Assembly (NCBI GenBank): GCA_963675595.2
Contig: CAXXLZ010000002.1
Span: 3,104,001 to 3,168,000, forward strand
Direction of reading: 5' to 3'
From: Thermodesulfobacteriota bacterium
Lineage (GTDB): Bacteria > Desulfobacterota > Desulfarculia > JACQYL01
Length of the DNA: 64,000 nucleotides
Shown: positions 19,875 through 31,270 of the stretch, one piece after another
How positions within the stretch are numbered: position 1 is the stretch's first letter
Layout: every line of letters starts with the position of its first letter
The notes under the pieces: model-generated
Seen by the model: only the letters and a program-made list of their open reading frames with translations
What the model was told of the DNA's origin: nothing
Databases searched by the model: none
Position numbers and translations under genes: made by a program

Positions 19875-22800
19875 ATGAAGGAAACCAAGCCCGGAGAAGA
19901 GAAACCCGTTAACGCCGGGCAGACGGGGATCAGTGAAACGTCGACCTCGGGAACCGGCCGGCGTCTTTCGGATGACTCGGATGAACGCCTCCACGAACTT
20001 CGCGTTTACCAGGCTGAACTGGAAATGCAAAACGAAGAGCTGCGCGCCGCGCAGGAAGCTCTTGCCGAGTCCCGAGACCGGTTCTCCACCCTGTTTCACC
20101 GAGCCCCGGTAGGATACGTGGTGCTCGATGAGGTCGGTCTGATTCTGGAGGCCAACGAGACTTTCGCCCGGATGGTCCATTGTCCCATGGATCGCATAAG
20201 AGGGCGAGCCTTCGCCGCATTCCTGGAGGAAGAGCACTCCAGGACCTTTCAGTCCCGCTTCAGGGCGTTGTTCCGAAACCCCAAGGGCAAACGCATGGAG
20301 GTGGAACTCCGTTCAGTAGAACGGTCACTTTCCGTGCAACTGGACGCCTCTTATGCTGATTCGATCAAGGCGCCTAGTTCGAGCAAGGCTTCCGCCCTGC
20401 TCCTCACCGTCAGCGACATATCGGATCGTAAACGGGCCGAAGAGGATCGGCGGCATTCCCTTTCCTTGCTGGAGGCCGCGTTGGAGTCCACCGCCGACGG
20501 CATCCTTATCGTGGCCTCCGACGGAACATGGTCCGGTTTCAATCAAAAGTTCATCGACATGTGGCGGATTCCGGAGCCGGTCCTCAAGTCCGGGGATGAT
20601 CGCAGGGCCTTGGAACATGTGCTCGACGTTGTGGCGGATCCCGACGGATTCCTGGACACGGTGAAGGAAATCCATGGGGACTCCCATCGGGTATCGTTGG
20701 ACACGGTCACCATGAAAGACGGCCGCATTCTTGAGCGATACTCCCAACCACATCGCGTGGGTGATGAAACCGTTGGTCGGGTCTGGAGTTTCAGGGACAC
20801 CACAGACCACAAAAGAGACCGAAAGCGGCTGGAAGAAGCCTTGAGAGAGGCCAGACGGCATCAGCGGGAAACACAAGGCCTCCTGGACGCCTCGCACGCC
20901 GTCCTGGAATGTCGCAGTTTCGAGGAATCCGCCCGCCGGATCTTTGATGCCTGCCGCGAAGCCACGGGAGCCCCTTCCGGGTACATAGCGTTATTGAGTG
21001 AAGACGGGGAGGAAAACGAACTGGTGTTCCTGGAATCCGGAGGCCTGCCCTGCGCCGTGGATCCGGCGCTTCCCATGCCGGTGCGAGGCCTTCGGGCCGA
21101 GGCGTATAACCGCGCTGAAGTCGTGTACGACAACGACTTCATGAACAGCAAATGGGTTCGCTACATGCCCCCCGGCCATATGAACATGCGGAACGTACTC
21201 TTCGCGCCCATCGTCGGCGACGGAAAAGCCGTGGGAGTCATCGGGCTGGCCAACAAGCCCGATGACTTCACCCCGGAAGACGTACGCATCGCGCGGGCTT
21301 TGGGCGACATGGCGGCCATAGCGCTGCGCCGAAGCGAACAGTTGATGGAGACGATCCTCGACACCATTCCGGCACCGGTATTCTACAAAGACCTTCAAGG
21401 CGTCTATCTGGGGTGTAATCGGGCTTTCCAGAAGCTGTTCGGCCTGAGCAAGGATGACATCGTGGGTCGCACCGCCTTGGATATTGCTCCCCCCGAACTC
21501 GCTCGGCGCTACCACCAAGCAGATCTGGCATTGATGGAACACGGTGAAATCCAGGTTTACGAAACGGAAGCCGAGAATGCCCTTGGAGAGAGGCGACAGG
21601 TGGTCTTCCACAAGGCCCCCTTTCGTGGACCGGGCGGCGCCGTCATGGGCATCGTCGGCGCCATGCTGGACATAACCGAGCGACAACAGGCCGAGCGCCG
21701 GCTCAAGAACGCCCATGAACAAACCACGGCCCTCATGGATTCGGTGCAGGCCGGAATCGTTCTGGTTCAGTCTGAAGACCGGGTCATCGTGGAAGCCAAT
21801 CCCGCCGCCGCCCGACTGATGAACGTCCCGATGGAAGAGCTGATCGGAAATAACGCCAAGAAGTACTTATGCCCGAGAGAAGTGGACGAATGCCCGGTTT
21901 TGGATTTAGGACAGGAACTGGAGGACTCGGAACGAACCCTCTACACACCCGACGGCCGGACCATACCCATTCTCAAGACCGTGACCCGTATTAAGCTCAA
22001 CGGCCAAGAACATCTGCTCGAATCCTTCGTGGATATTTCGAGCCTGAAACAAGCGGAGGAAGAACTGCGGGCGGGCGAAGCACGAATGCGAGCCATCACG
22101 GAATCGGCCCAGGACGGGATCGTGATGATGAATCCCGACGGGAATATCTCTTTCTGGAACACCGCGGCGGAGCGAATATTTGGCTATGGCCGAGATGAAG
22201 TGGTGGGAGTCGACCTGCATAGTCTTCTGGCGCCGAGGCGTTACCTTTCCAAACATCGGAAGGGCTTCTCTCGTTTTCGGGCGACCGGCCTCGGCTCCGC
22301 CGTGGGAAAGACCCTGGAATTGCAGGCCCGGCACAAACACGGGCAGGAAGTGTCCGTGGAACTGTCCCTCTCGGCGATCCGGCAGACCGACGGCTGGCAT
22401 GCGGTGGGCGTCATAAGGGATATCACCGAGCGTAAACGGGCCGAAGAGGAACTCTTGGAAATCAACCGGCAACTCGAAGACGCCACCGCACGCGCCAACG
22501 CAATGGCCCTCCAGGCCGAAATGGCCAATATCGCCAAGAGCGAATTTTTGGCCAACATGAGTCACGAAATTCGCACCCCCATGAACGGGGTGATCGGCAT
22601 GACGGGTTTGTTGCTGGATACCGGGCTGACGGAGGAACAGCGCAGATATGCCGAAATCGTGAAATCCAGCGGGGAGTCCCTGCTGTCCATCATCAACGAC
22701 ATCCTGGATTTTTCGAAAATCGAAGCCGGCAAGCTGGACCTGGAAGTGTTGGATTTTGATCTAAGGGAACTCTTGGACGATTTCTCCGCGACCATGGCTT

Positions 22801-24488
22801 TGCGTGCCCATGAGAAGGGGTTGGAATGGCTTTGTAGCGCCGATCCGGAGGTTCCTTCGGCACTGCGGGGCGACCCCGGGCGTCTCAGACAGATTCTGAC
22901 CAACTTGGCGGGCAACGCGGTCAAGTTCACCCAAACCGGCGAGGTGGCCGTACGGGTGTCGTTGGAATCGGAAACAGCGGACGATACGGTACTCAAGATT
23001 TCGGTACGCGATACGGGTATCGGCATACCTGAAAAGAAGCTGACGCGGCTGTTCGGCAAGTTTTTCCAAGTGGACGCCTCCACGACCCGGCGATTCGGCG
23101 GCACGGGTCTGGGCCTGGCCATCTCGAAACAACTGGCCGAAATGATGGGCGGGGAGGTCGGAGTCGACAGTCGAGAGGGACAAGGGTCCGAGTTCAGGTT
23201 CACCGTTCGTCTGGGCAAACAGCCTCCGAGGGAATGCCCGGAGTCGGGCTCGACGCAACATTTTGAAGACGTGCGCGTGCTGGTTGTGGACGACAACGCG
23301 ACCAACAGGGAGGTGTTGTCCAAGCGTCTTTCCTTCTGGGGAATGCGCCCGCAGGAGGCCCAAGACGGTCCGTCGGCCCTCGAGGCCCTGTCGCGAGGGA
23401 CGGATGAGGACGACCCCTTTCGGGTGGCGGTGATCGACATGCAGATGCCGGGCATGGACGGCGAGGATTTGGCCCGAGCAGTCAAAGGCGACCCGCGAAT
23501 TTCCGCAACCCCCATGGTGATGTTGACGTCCTTGGGCGTTCGTTCGGACGGCTTCCGTCCGGCCGAAACGGGCATCGTGGCGTGCCTGAACAAACCCACG
23601 CGAGATCGGGAGCTTTTCGGCGTGCTCTCCAAAATTCTTGCAGGTCGGGATCCGGATGGCGCTCTGGAGGACGAAGCCGCGGGGACCACTTCAAAAAGGG
23701 AAGCGAGTATCCCATTTTCCTTTTCAAATAAGCGCGTTCTGCTCGCCGAGGACAACCTCACCAATCAGCAGGTGGCTCTCGCGGTACTCAAAAAGTTCGG
23801 AATTCAAGCCGACGTCGTGTCGAACGGCGCAGAGGCTGTTCGAGCACTGGGAAAAACCGCCTACGACCTGGTCCTCATGGACGTGCAGATGCCTGTGATG
23901 GACGGGTTGGAAGCCGCTCGCAGGATCCGAAAACCGCGCTCCGCGGTTCTCAATCATGAGATTCCCATTATCGCAATGACGGCTCGCGCCTTGAAAGGCG
24001 ATCGTGAGAAATGCCTGGAATCCGGCATGAACGACTACCTCCCCAAACCGATCGAGATCGAGGGCCTGGCCGAAGTACTTCACAGGTGGCTGGGCATGGA
24101 AGAGGAAGCTCGGGAGAAGCGGGAACCGGAAGAAGACAAGGCGCTTGAACAGGATCACGAAGTGTTCGATCGAAAGGCTTTGTTGCAGCGACTGATGAAT
24201 GATGAAGAGCTGATGAAGACGATAGTGGGTGTATTTCTATCGGATATGCCTGTTCAGATGGCATTGTTGAAGGCTTCTTTGGACCGAGGCGATCCTTCAG
24301 AGTGTGAACGCTTGGCCCACAGCATCAAGGGGGCATCCGCCGGCGTCGGAGGGGAGGGATTTCGAGCAGCGGCTCTTCAAATGGAGCAAGCCTCCAGATC
24401 GGGAAATCTAAACGAGGTAAAGGCGCTTTATCCCGAGCTGGAGATGCGGTTCGAGCAGCTGAAGGCGGCAATGGAACATGCGGAATAA
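19875..24488 (+). CDS. Unorthodox (BarA/ArcB-type) hybrid kinase: coiled coil, PAS, GAF, PAS, HK, REC, REC, Hpt
   Basis: KSEFLANMSHEIRTPMNG, NLAGNAVKFT, GGTGLGL, two REC domains, Hpt AHSIKGAS; ATG 19875 after GAGGA. Confidence 0.96.
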   Translation: MKETKPGEEKPVNAGQTGISETSTSGTGRRLSDDSDERLHELRVYQAELEMQNEELRAAQEALAESRDRFSTLFHRAPVGYVVLDEVGLILEANETFARMVHCPMDRIRGRAFAAFLEEEHSRTFQSRFRALFRNPKGKRMEVELRSVERSLSVQLDASYADSIKAPSSSKASALLLTVSDISDRKRAEEDRRHSLSLLEAALESTADGILIVASDGTWSGFNQKFIDMWRIPEPVLKSGDDRRALEHVLDVVADPDGFLDTVKEIHGDSHRVSLDTVTMKDGRILERYSQPHRVGDETVGRVWSFRDTTDHKRDRKRLEEALREARRHQRETQGLLDASHAVLECRSFEESARRIFDACREATGAPSGYIALLSEDGEENELVFLESGGLPCAVDPALPMPVRGLRAEAYNRAEVVYDNDFMNSKWVRYMPPGHMNMRNVLFAPIVGDGKAVGVIGLANKPDDFTPEDVRIARALGDMAAIALRRSEQLMETILDTIPAPVFYKDLQGVYLGCNRAFQKLFGLSKDDIVGRTALDIAPPELARRYHQADLALMEHGEIQVYETEAENALGERRQVVFHKAPFRGPGGAVMGIVGAMLDITERQQAERRLKNAHEQTTALMDSVQAGIVLVQSEDRVIVEANPAAARLMNVPMEELIGNNAKKYLCPREVDECPVLDLGQELEDSERTLYTPDGRTIPILKTVTRIKLNGQEHLLESFVDISSLKQAEEELRAGEARMRAITESAQDGIVMMNPDGNISFWNTAAERIFGYGRDEVVGVDLHSLLAPRRYLSKHRKGFSRFRATGLGSAVGKTLELQARHKHGQEVSVELSLSAIRQTDGWHAVGVIRDITERKRAEEELLEINRQLEDATARANAMALQAEMANIAKSEFLANMSHEIRTPMNGVIGMTGLLLDTGLTEEQRRYAEIVKSSGESLLSIINDILDFSKIEAGKLDLEVLDFDLRELLDDFSATMALRAHEKGLEWLCSADPEVPSALRGDPGRLRQILTNLAGNAVKFTQTGEVAVRVSLESETADDTVLKISVRDTGIGIPEKKLTRLFGKFFQVDASTTRRFGGTGLGLAISKQLAEMMGGEVGVDSREGQGSEFRFTVRLGKQPPRECPESGSTQHFEDVRVLVVDDNATNREVLSKRLSFWGMRPQEAQDGPSALEALSRGTDEDDPFRVAVIDMQMPGMDGEDLARAVKGDPRISATPMVMLTSLGVRSDGFRPAETGIVACLNKPTRDRELFGVLSKILAGRDPDGALEDEAAGTTSKREASIPFSFSNKRVLLAEDNLTNQQVALAVLKKFGIQADVVSNGAEAVRALGKTAYDLVLMDVQMPVMDGLEAARRIRKPRSAVLNHEIPIIAMTARALKGDREKCLESGMNDYLPKPIEIEGLAEVLHRWLGMEEEAREKREPEEDKALEQDHEVFDRKALLQRLMNDEELMKTIVGVFLSDMPVQMALLKASLDRGDPSECERLAHSIKGASAGVGGEGFRAAALQMEQASRSGNLNEVKALYPELEMRFEQLKAAMEHAE

Positions 24489-24515
24489 CGCAGTGAAAAC
24501 CTCACGAGGATTATC

Positions 24516-25442
24516 GTGAAAATACTGATTGCCGAAGACGACGCCACCACTCGTTTGATGTTGGCCGCCCTGTTGCGCAAGGGGGGATACGACGTGGTGG
24601 AAACGACCAACGGTGCGGAAGCCTGGGACGTCCTACAGAAACCGGATGCGCCCAAGATGGCCGTTCTGGATTGGATGATGCCGGTGATGGACGGCGTGGA
24701 CGTTTGCCGTCGCCTTCGAGCGATGCCTACCACGGACCCGCCGTACCTGATCCTGCTGACTTCGCGGGATGATGAAAACAGCATTGTGGAGGGGCTTGAC
24801 GCAGGCGCAAATGATTATCTGACCAAACCGTTCCGGAGCGAGGAACTGCGAGCCCGTCTCGGGGTAGGCGGGCGGATGCTGCAACTGCAGGCCGACCTGA
24901 ACGGAGCGAAAGCCGCGCTAGCCCACGAGGCCATGCACGATGCGTTGACCGGTGTCTTCAACCGCCGAGCGATTCTCGAAGGGCTTTCCAGAGAACACTC
25001 GCGCGCGGAGAGACGGGGTTCAACCTTGAGCATCGGCCTTTGCGATATCGATCATTTCAAGCAGGTCAACGACTGCTACGGACACCTGGTGGGGGACGAA
25101 GTGCTGAAGATTGTGGCGGGGGTTATTCGGTCCAACCTCCGAAGGTACGATCTGCTCGGCAGGTACGGCGGGGAGGAATTCCTGGTTGTGGTGCCCTATT
25201 CCAGTGGTACGGCCGACGAATCAATCTATGAACGGTTGAGAAAGGCGGTGGCTCAGACGCAGATCGCCGTGGGAGAGGACGGTTTGCGTGTTGCCGTCAG
25301 CGTGGGCGTAGCTGGAGGTACTGGCGGAACCTCGCCCGATCAGCTGCTGGCGGAAGCGGATTCAGCACTGTATCGAGCCAAAAACGCGGGACGGAACCGC
25401 GTCGTTTACGCGGACCCGAAGAACCGTCCACCGAATTCGTGA
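24516..25442 (+). CDS. REC-GGDEF diguanylate cyclase
   Basis: ILIAEDD/LDWMMP REC; HDALTG, DIDHFKQVND, RYGGEEF active site, RRYD I-site. Confidence 0.96.
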   Translation: MKILIAEDDATTRLMLAALLRKGGYDVVETTNGAEAWDVLQKPDAPKMAVLDWMMPVMDGVDVCRRLRAMPTTDPPYLILLTSRDDENSIVEGLDAGANDYLTKPFRSEELRARLGVGGRMLQLQADLNGAKAALAHEAMHDALTGVFNRRAILEGLSREHSRAERRGSTLSIGLCDIDHFKQVNDCYGHLVGDEVLKIVAGVIRSNLRRYDLLGRYGGEEFLVVVPYSSGTADESIYERLRKAVAQTQIAVGEDGLRVAVSVGVAGGTGGTSPDQLLAEADSALYRAKNAGRNRVVYADPKNRPPNS

Positions 25443-25607
25443 CGGGCGATGGGTTGGGGCGTCCGTTTTCCTTCCGGGTACGGAGTTGGGGCCCTCTGGA
25501 AATGAGGCGCCGAACAGGCGATCGGTGGGACCTGACCCGATTATATACGGGGGCTCGGCAAATTCTCGGGTATTCGTATTAAAAATTTCCACTTGAGCCG
25601 CAAAAAC

Positions 25608-28600
25608 ATGAAAGAAGGACTCGTGAATCAAGAAGAGAGCGCGCCCCGAGGGGCATTTGCGGTCGTGGTCAATGACGACGCCACGCAGCTGAACCTGCTT
25701 TCTCTGTTGCTGCGCAAAGCCGGTCTGGAGACCCGCATGTTCTCCGATGGGGAGGCCGCCCTGGCCGCCGTGTCCGCCTGGGAGCGGGCATCCGGTGATG
25801 ATTCGGACGCAGTGCCGGCTCTCATCGTGACCGATCTCCATATGCCGGGCATTGATGGATGGCGTCTTTGCCGCCTGCTGCGTTCTCCCGACTATGCCGC
25901 GTTCAACCGGGTCCCCATCCTGGTGGTATCCGCGACCTATGGCGGTGAGGAAGCTTCCCTGATCGCAGCCGATCTGGGCGCCGACGGCTTCATGTCTTCT
26001 CAGGTGGACGGCGCACGGTTCATTGAGAAGGTTCAATCGCTCCTTCGCGGCGAACACGTCCGGGAACGCCTCCGCGTTCTCATTGTGGAGGACGGCAAAG
26101 CCTTGTCCGATGTGCTCAAAGAAACGTTTGAAAAGGGCGGGTATCATCCTGAAACGGCAGCGACGGTGGAAGAGGCGATAACCAAGTTTGGTCGATCGAG
26201 TTACGACTTGGCCGTGATCGACTACCGTCTGCCCGACGGGAACGGAGGGCGGTTGCTGGATTTGTTTCGAAGAGAGCGGCCGGGCTGCACGTGCCTCATG
26301 ATGACCGCGGACCCGGATCCTAGATTGGCCCTGGATTGGATGAAACGCGGCGCCGCCGCTTTTCTGAGGAAGCCTTTCGATCCGGAGTATCTCATCGAGG
26401 TTTGCGAAAAAGCTCGGAGGGAGAGAACCCTTTTGGGAGTTCAGGATCGGCTCGAGGAACGGACCCGGGAACTTCGGCGGAGCGAGGAACGTTTGCGGCT
26501 GGCCCTTGCGGGAGCGAATCTCGGCACATGGGACCGGCACGTTCCTAGCGGGGCGGTGATCGTCAACGAACGATGGGCGGAAATGTTGGGCTGTTCCTTG
26601 GACGAAATCGAGCCCCACGTCCGGGCCTGGGAGTCCCTGCTCCATCCGGAAGACAGGCCTCGAGTGATGAAGATCCTGCAGTCTCACTTGGACGGCCTTT
26701 CGTACGCCTATGAGTCGGAACACCGCCTGCGCCACAAGTCCGGCGACTGGGTTTGGGTGCTGGACAAAGGCCGAGTGATCGAACGGGATGCGCAAGAGAA
26801 TCCCGTGCGCATGTGCGGGACGCACATGGACATCACCGAACTCAAGCGCACGGACGAAGCCCGACGAAACAGTGAACGGCAGTTCGAATCTCTCTTCCTG
26901 GAATCGCCGGTTTCCATCATCATTCACGATAAGGATACCGGGGAAATCCTCGATGCGAATCCTTCGGCCGTCGCAGCCTACGGGTTTTCGTCCATTGAGG
27001 AGCTCAAAGCGAATGATTTTTGGGCGGATCCTCCCTACTCCGCCGAAGAGGCTTTGGGTTGGATTCGCAAGACGGCCCTGGAAGGGCCGCAGCGATTCGA
27101 ATGGCTCAACCGAAAAAGGACCGGTGAGCTCCTCTCGGAGCAGGTTCGGCTGGTTCCGGTGAGCATCGGAGGCGTGGATCGAATTCTGGCCACGGGTATC
27201 GACATTACCGCAAGGCGACGGGCCGAGGAGGCGCTAAGAGCGAGTGAAGCCCGATATGAGGAGGTCATCTCCAACATCTCCGACATTGTTTGGCGCTATG
27301 AGGTGGATGATCACGGCAAGTGTGTGGACAGTTACATTTCCACGGTTGCGGACCGGATTCTGGGTTTGTCCGAGGGAACCGTGGGAGACAGCTTCGAAGC
27401 ATTCCTCTCTCACGTGCATCCGGAGGATGTACCGGCGGTTTGGAAGGCGATGAAAGAGGGTTTGGCGTCGCGCACGCGGGATGCGAGTATCGAGTATCGG
27501 CTGTGCAGAGGCGACGGCGCCGTGGTGTGGGTGCGCTCCCACGGATCCGCGTACCTGCAACCGAACGGCCATGTGGTCGCTTTCGGCACCACGGCGGATA
27601 TCACCGAGCTTAAGCGGGCCGGAAGCAGATTGAAGGAAAGCGAGACCAACTTCCGCAACTTTTTCGAGACCATGACCGACATGATCATGGTGGCGACTCC
27701 GGAAGGTCGGATTCTCCACTGCAACGCCGCAACCGAAAGAAGACTGGGATATAGTGCGGAAGAATTGACCGCCATGCACGTGGCCGACGTTCATCCTAAA
27801 GAGGAGAGACCGGAGGCCGAGAGGGTGTTCGCGGCCGTACTTCGAGGGGAACGGGACGCTTGTCCATTGCCCCTGGTCGCCAGAGGAGGCGAGATCATTC
27901 CGGTGGAGACCCGTCTGTGGTCCGGCAAGTGGAACGAGCGGGACTGCATCTTCTGCATGAGCAAGGACCTGACCGCGGAACGGGAAGCGCAACAGCGGTT
28001 CGAAAGTCTATTTCGGAACAATCCCACTCCCATGGCGCTGTCCGACCTGCCGGACCGTTGTTTTGTGGATGTCAACGACGCTTTTCTGGAGACCCTGGGC
28101 TATGATGTTTCGGAGGTCATCGGAAAAAGCACCGAGGAACTCGGGCTGTTCCCGGACCCGAAGCAACAGGCGTTGACAGCGGACAAACTGGAACATGAAG
28201 GACGAGTCAACGGCATCGAACTCCAGGTGCGGCGCAAAGACGGAAAGATATTGGACGGTCTGTTTTCGGGAGAGGTCCTCAGCGCTCAAGGTCGGCAATA
28301 CCTACTGACGGTCATGGTCGATGTGACGGAGCGCAAACAGATGGAGAAGGCGCTCCGGGCGGCGGAAGAAACCTACAGAAACATCTTTCTCAATTCTCAG
28401 ATCGGACTTTTCAGGACCCATATGGACTCCGGGATGCTCCTGGAGGCGAACAACGCGCACGCCGTGTTTCTGGGGTATCCGGACAGGGCTTCGTTGTTCG
28501 CCGAACCTTTCAGTATTGCCGAACAATATGTGAATCCCGCGGATCGGATGGAGATGATTCGGGTCTTGAAGGCCCGCGGGGAACTCCGAAATTATGAAGC

Positions 28601-31004
28601 ACGCTTCAAGAGAAGAGACGGTTCCACCTTTTGGATGCGCTATTCCGCCAGACTCGTACCGGACAAGGGCTGGATCGAAGGAGTCTCGGAAGACGTTACC
28701 GATTTCAAACGTTCAGAGGAGATGCTGAGAGAAAGCGAGAATCGTTTCCAGGCGATCTTCGATCATGCGGCGATAGGAATCGCCCAAGTGGATTCCGGCT
28801 CCGGGCGGTTCACCAAGGTCAATAGAAGATTCTGCGAAATTACCGGCTTTAGTGCTGAGGAACTTTCGGGGATGGGATTTGCGGACATCACGCATCCTGA
28901 TGACTTGAGCGCCGACCTCGGCAATCTTTCTCGTCTGGCTTCCGGAGACCTTCACAGCTACGTGCTGGATAAGAGATACATCCGAAAGGACGGCTCCGTC
29001 TTATGGGTGAGAGTAACAGTATCCCATCTGAGAGGGGACCGAGGGCGGTCCGGTTTTCATATCACGGTAGTTGAAGATATCGATGAGCTCAAACAGGTCG
29101 GAGAAGCCCTCGAAAAAGCAAAAGTATTCCTGGATAACATGTCGGATATCGCCTACCGGACAGACGACCGGGGAAATCTGGTCTGGGTCAATTCATCCGT
29201 GGAGCGGGTAACAGGCTTATTGCCTGAGGAAGTCATCGGGAAATCATTCACGCCTTTATTCATCGAGAGTGACCATGCGTCCATTAGAGACGTATATAAA
29301 AGAACATTAATGGGGGAATCGCTGGAAAACACGCTCACCTTCAAATCAGGGCTTACTTGTCATTTTACCAGCTTGCCCATGCGTAACGACAAGGGAGAGA
29401 TAATCGGAACATTTGGCGTCGGCCGGGATATTACCGATCGTATCATCGCGGAAAATGCACTCAAAGAAAGCGAAAAACGCTTAGAAAAGGCCCAGGTGGT
29501 GGCCAAGATAGGTAGTTGGGAATATGACCTTTCTACCGGTAAAGTATGGGGGTCTGAAGAAGCTTTTAGAATCTATGATATAAAAAGAGAATCCGAGTTT
29601 CTTCCCCTTGATGAAGTTGAAAGCCACATTATGGATGCAAAAAGGGTCAATCAGGCTTTGGTTGATCTGATAACCAAGGGCGATGATTATGACATTGAAT
29701 TTCAGATCATCAAGCACGGTAGTCAAAGCCTGGCAACCATTCATTCAATAGCAGAGTTGGTTAAGGATGATCAGGGAAATCCGGTAAAGGTAGTAGGCGT
29801 CATCCAAGACATCACGGACAAGAAAGCTAGGGAGGAAGAGAACAGCAAACTACTTGCCCAGTTGCAGCAGGCTCAGAAAATGGAGTCGGTAGGTCGCCTC
29901 GCCGGCGGTGTGGCCCACGACTTCAACAACATGTTGGGGGTGATTCTGGGGCACATCGAAATGGCGATGGACGAGGTAATTCCGTCTCAAGCGATCTATT
30001 CCGACCTCCTGGAAATCCAAAAAGCGGCCAAGCGCTCAGCGGATCTGACCCAGCAGCTTCTGACCTTTGCCCGCAAGCAGACCGTGAGTCCTGAAGTGTT
30101 GAACCTGAATGATGTCGTGGAGGATATGCTCAGAATGCTGAAGCGTCTGATCGGTGAAGATATCGAAATGGGCTGGAATCCGGGTGGTGGACTGTGGCCC
30201 GTCAAAATGGACCGTTCCCAGATCCATCAGATGCTCGCCAATTTGTGTGTCAACGGGCGGGATGCCATCTCGGGAACGGGCAAGATCGTCATGGCGACCC
30301 AAAATGCCGTCTTTGACGAGGGGTCCGTTCCCTGCCGGGAAGGATCGAGGCACGACGAATTCGTGATGATCTCCGTGAGCGATGATGGATGCGGCATGGA
30401 TGAGGAGACGGTTCGCAAGCTTTTCGAGCCGTTCTTCACCACCAAAGGGATAGGAAAAGGAACGGGTTTAGGGTTGTCCACTGTGGACGGGATCGTCAAA
30501 CAGAACGAAGGCTTCATTGATGTATTCAGCAAACCGGGGCATGGAACCAGATTTGAGATCTATCTACCAAGGTACGTTGGAGAATCAGCATCGGTACAGA
30601 GCGGAGCAGAGAAGGAATCCGTGCCCCGGGGCGGGGAGAACGTCCTATTGGTGGAAGACGAGGAAGCCATGCGCGAAACGGCAAAGCGGGTTCTCGAAAG
30701 GTTGGGATATCGGGTGATTGAAGCGGACACCCCGGGTAAGGCTCTAAAATTGGCGGAAGAACATGCGGGTGAAATAGATTTGCTGTTAACCGACCTGGTC
30801 ATGCCGGAAATGAACGGGAAACAACTCTCGGAACGTCTTCTTTCACATTACCCGCAGCTGAAAGTCTTGTTTACTTCGGGTTACACGGCCGATGTTATCG
30901 GTCACCACGTGGGTCTCGACCGAGGAGTGCCTTTTCTAAGGAAGCCGTTTTCCATACAGGAGTTGGCGGGCAAGGTGCGCGAAGTCTTGGACCAAGGGGA
31001 ATGA
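25608..31004 (+). CDS. Hybrid histidine kinase: two N-terminal REC, ~9 PAS, HK, C-terminal REC
   Basis: REC1 VNDD..TDLHMPGIDG, REC2 IVED..IDYRLPDG, repeated PAS, AGGVAHDFNN, terminal REC. Start could be ATG 25608 or GTG 25623. Confidence 0.95.
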   Translation: MKEGLVNQEESAPRGAFAVVVNDDATQLNLLSLLLRKAGLETRMFSDGEAALAAVSAWERASGDDSDAVPALIVTDLHMPGIDGWRLCRLLRSPDYAAFNRVPILVVSATYGGEEASLIAADLGADGFMSSQVDGARFIEKVQSLLRGEHVRERLRVLIVEDGKALSDVLKETFEKGGYHPETAATVEEAITKFGRSSYDLAVIDYRLPDGNGGRLLDLFRRERPGCTCLMMTADPDPRLALDWMKRGAAAFLRKPFDPEYLIEVCEKARRERTLLGVQDRLEERTRELRRSEERLRLALAGANLGTWDRHVPSGAVIVNERWAEMLGCSLDEIEPHVRAWESLLHPEDRPRVMKILQSHLDGLSYAYESEHRLRHKSGDWVWVLDKGRVIERDAQENPVRMCGTHMDITELKRTDEARRNSERQFESLFLESPVSIIIHDKDTGEILDANPSAVAAYGFSSIEELKANDFWADPPYSAEEALGWIRKTALEGPQRFEWLNRKRTGELLSEQVRLVPVSIGGVDRILATGIDITARRRAEEALRASEARYEEVISNISDIVWRYEVDDHGKCVDSYISTVADRILGLSEGTVGDSFEAFLSHVHPEDVPAVWKAMKEGLASRTRDASIEYRLCRGDGAVVWVRSHGSAYLQPNGHVVAFGTTADITELKRAGSRLKESETNFRNFFETMTDMIMVATPEGRILHCNAATERRLGYSAEELTAMHVADVHPKEERPEAERVFAAVLRGERDACPLPLVARGGEIIPVETRLWSGKWNERDCIFCMSKDLTAEREAQQRFESLFRNNPTPMALSDLPDRCFVDVNDAFLETLGYDVSEVIGKSTEELGLFPDPKQQALTADKLEHEGRVNGIELQVRRKDGKILDGLFSGEVLSAQGRQYLLTVMVDVTERKQMEKALRAAEETYRNIFLNSQIGLFRTHMDSGMLLEANNAHAVFLGYPDRASLFAEPFSIAEQYVNPADRMEMIRVLKARGELRNYEARFKRRDGSTFWMRYSARLVPDKGWIEGVSEDVTDFKRSEEMLRESENRFQAIFDHAAIGIAQVDSGSGRFTKVNRRFCEITGFSAEELSGMGFADITHPDDLSADLGNLSRLASGDLHSYVLDKRYIRKDGSVLWVRVTVSHLRGDRGRSGFHITVVEDIDELKQVGEALEKAKVFLDNMSDIAYRTDDRGNLVWVNSSVERVTGLLPEEVIGKSFTPLFIESDHASIRDVYKRTLMGESLENTLTFKSGLTCHFTSLPMRNDKGEIIGTFGVGRDITDRIIAENALKESEKRLEKAQVVAKIGSWEYDLSTGKVWGSEEAFRIYDIKRESEFLPLDEVESHIMDAKRVNQALVDLITKGDDYDIEFQIIKHGSQSLATIHSIAELVKDDQGNPVKVVGVIQDITDKKAREEENSKLLAQLQQAQKMESVGRLAGGVAHDFNNMLGVILGHIEMAMDEVIPSQAIYSDLLEIQKAAKRSADLTQQLLTFARKQTVSPEVLNLNDVVEDMLRMLKRLIGEDIEMGWNPGGGLWPVKMDRSQIHQMLANLCVNGRDAISGTGKIVMATQNAVFDEGSVPCREGSRHDEFVMISVSDDGCGMDEETVRKLFEPFFTTKGIGKGTGLGLSTVDGIVKQNEGFIDVFSKPGHGTRFEIYLPRYVGESASVQSGAEKESVPRGGENVLLVEDEEAMRETAKRVLERLGYRVIEADTPGKALKLAEEHAGEIDLLLTDLVMPEMNGKQLSERLLSHYPQLKVLFTSGYTADVIGHHVGLDRGVPFLRKPFSIQELAGKVREVLDQGE

Positions 31005-31270
31005 AATCGTTTGAAATCGCGACGGGCCGAGTCCCCGGGAAGGGTGAGGAGGTTTCATGAATGCAGAGATTGGAAACGACGGATGCCCCGGATTTCTCCT
31101 CAGGACGGCGCCAAGCGAATCCAAAGAGGCACGATGGGGAGTGCCGTTGTTTCGCGACGTATCCAAAACGAAGTATGGCCTAACGGGATTTCGACGATCC
31201 CCACACTGATCGTTTCCCATGGACTTGATACATACATCGACGCGAATTTCCCTTCGACTGGAATCAAGAG

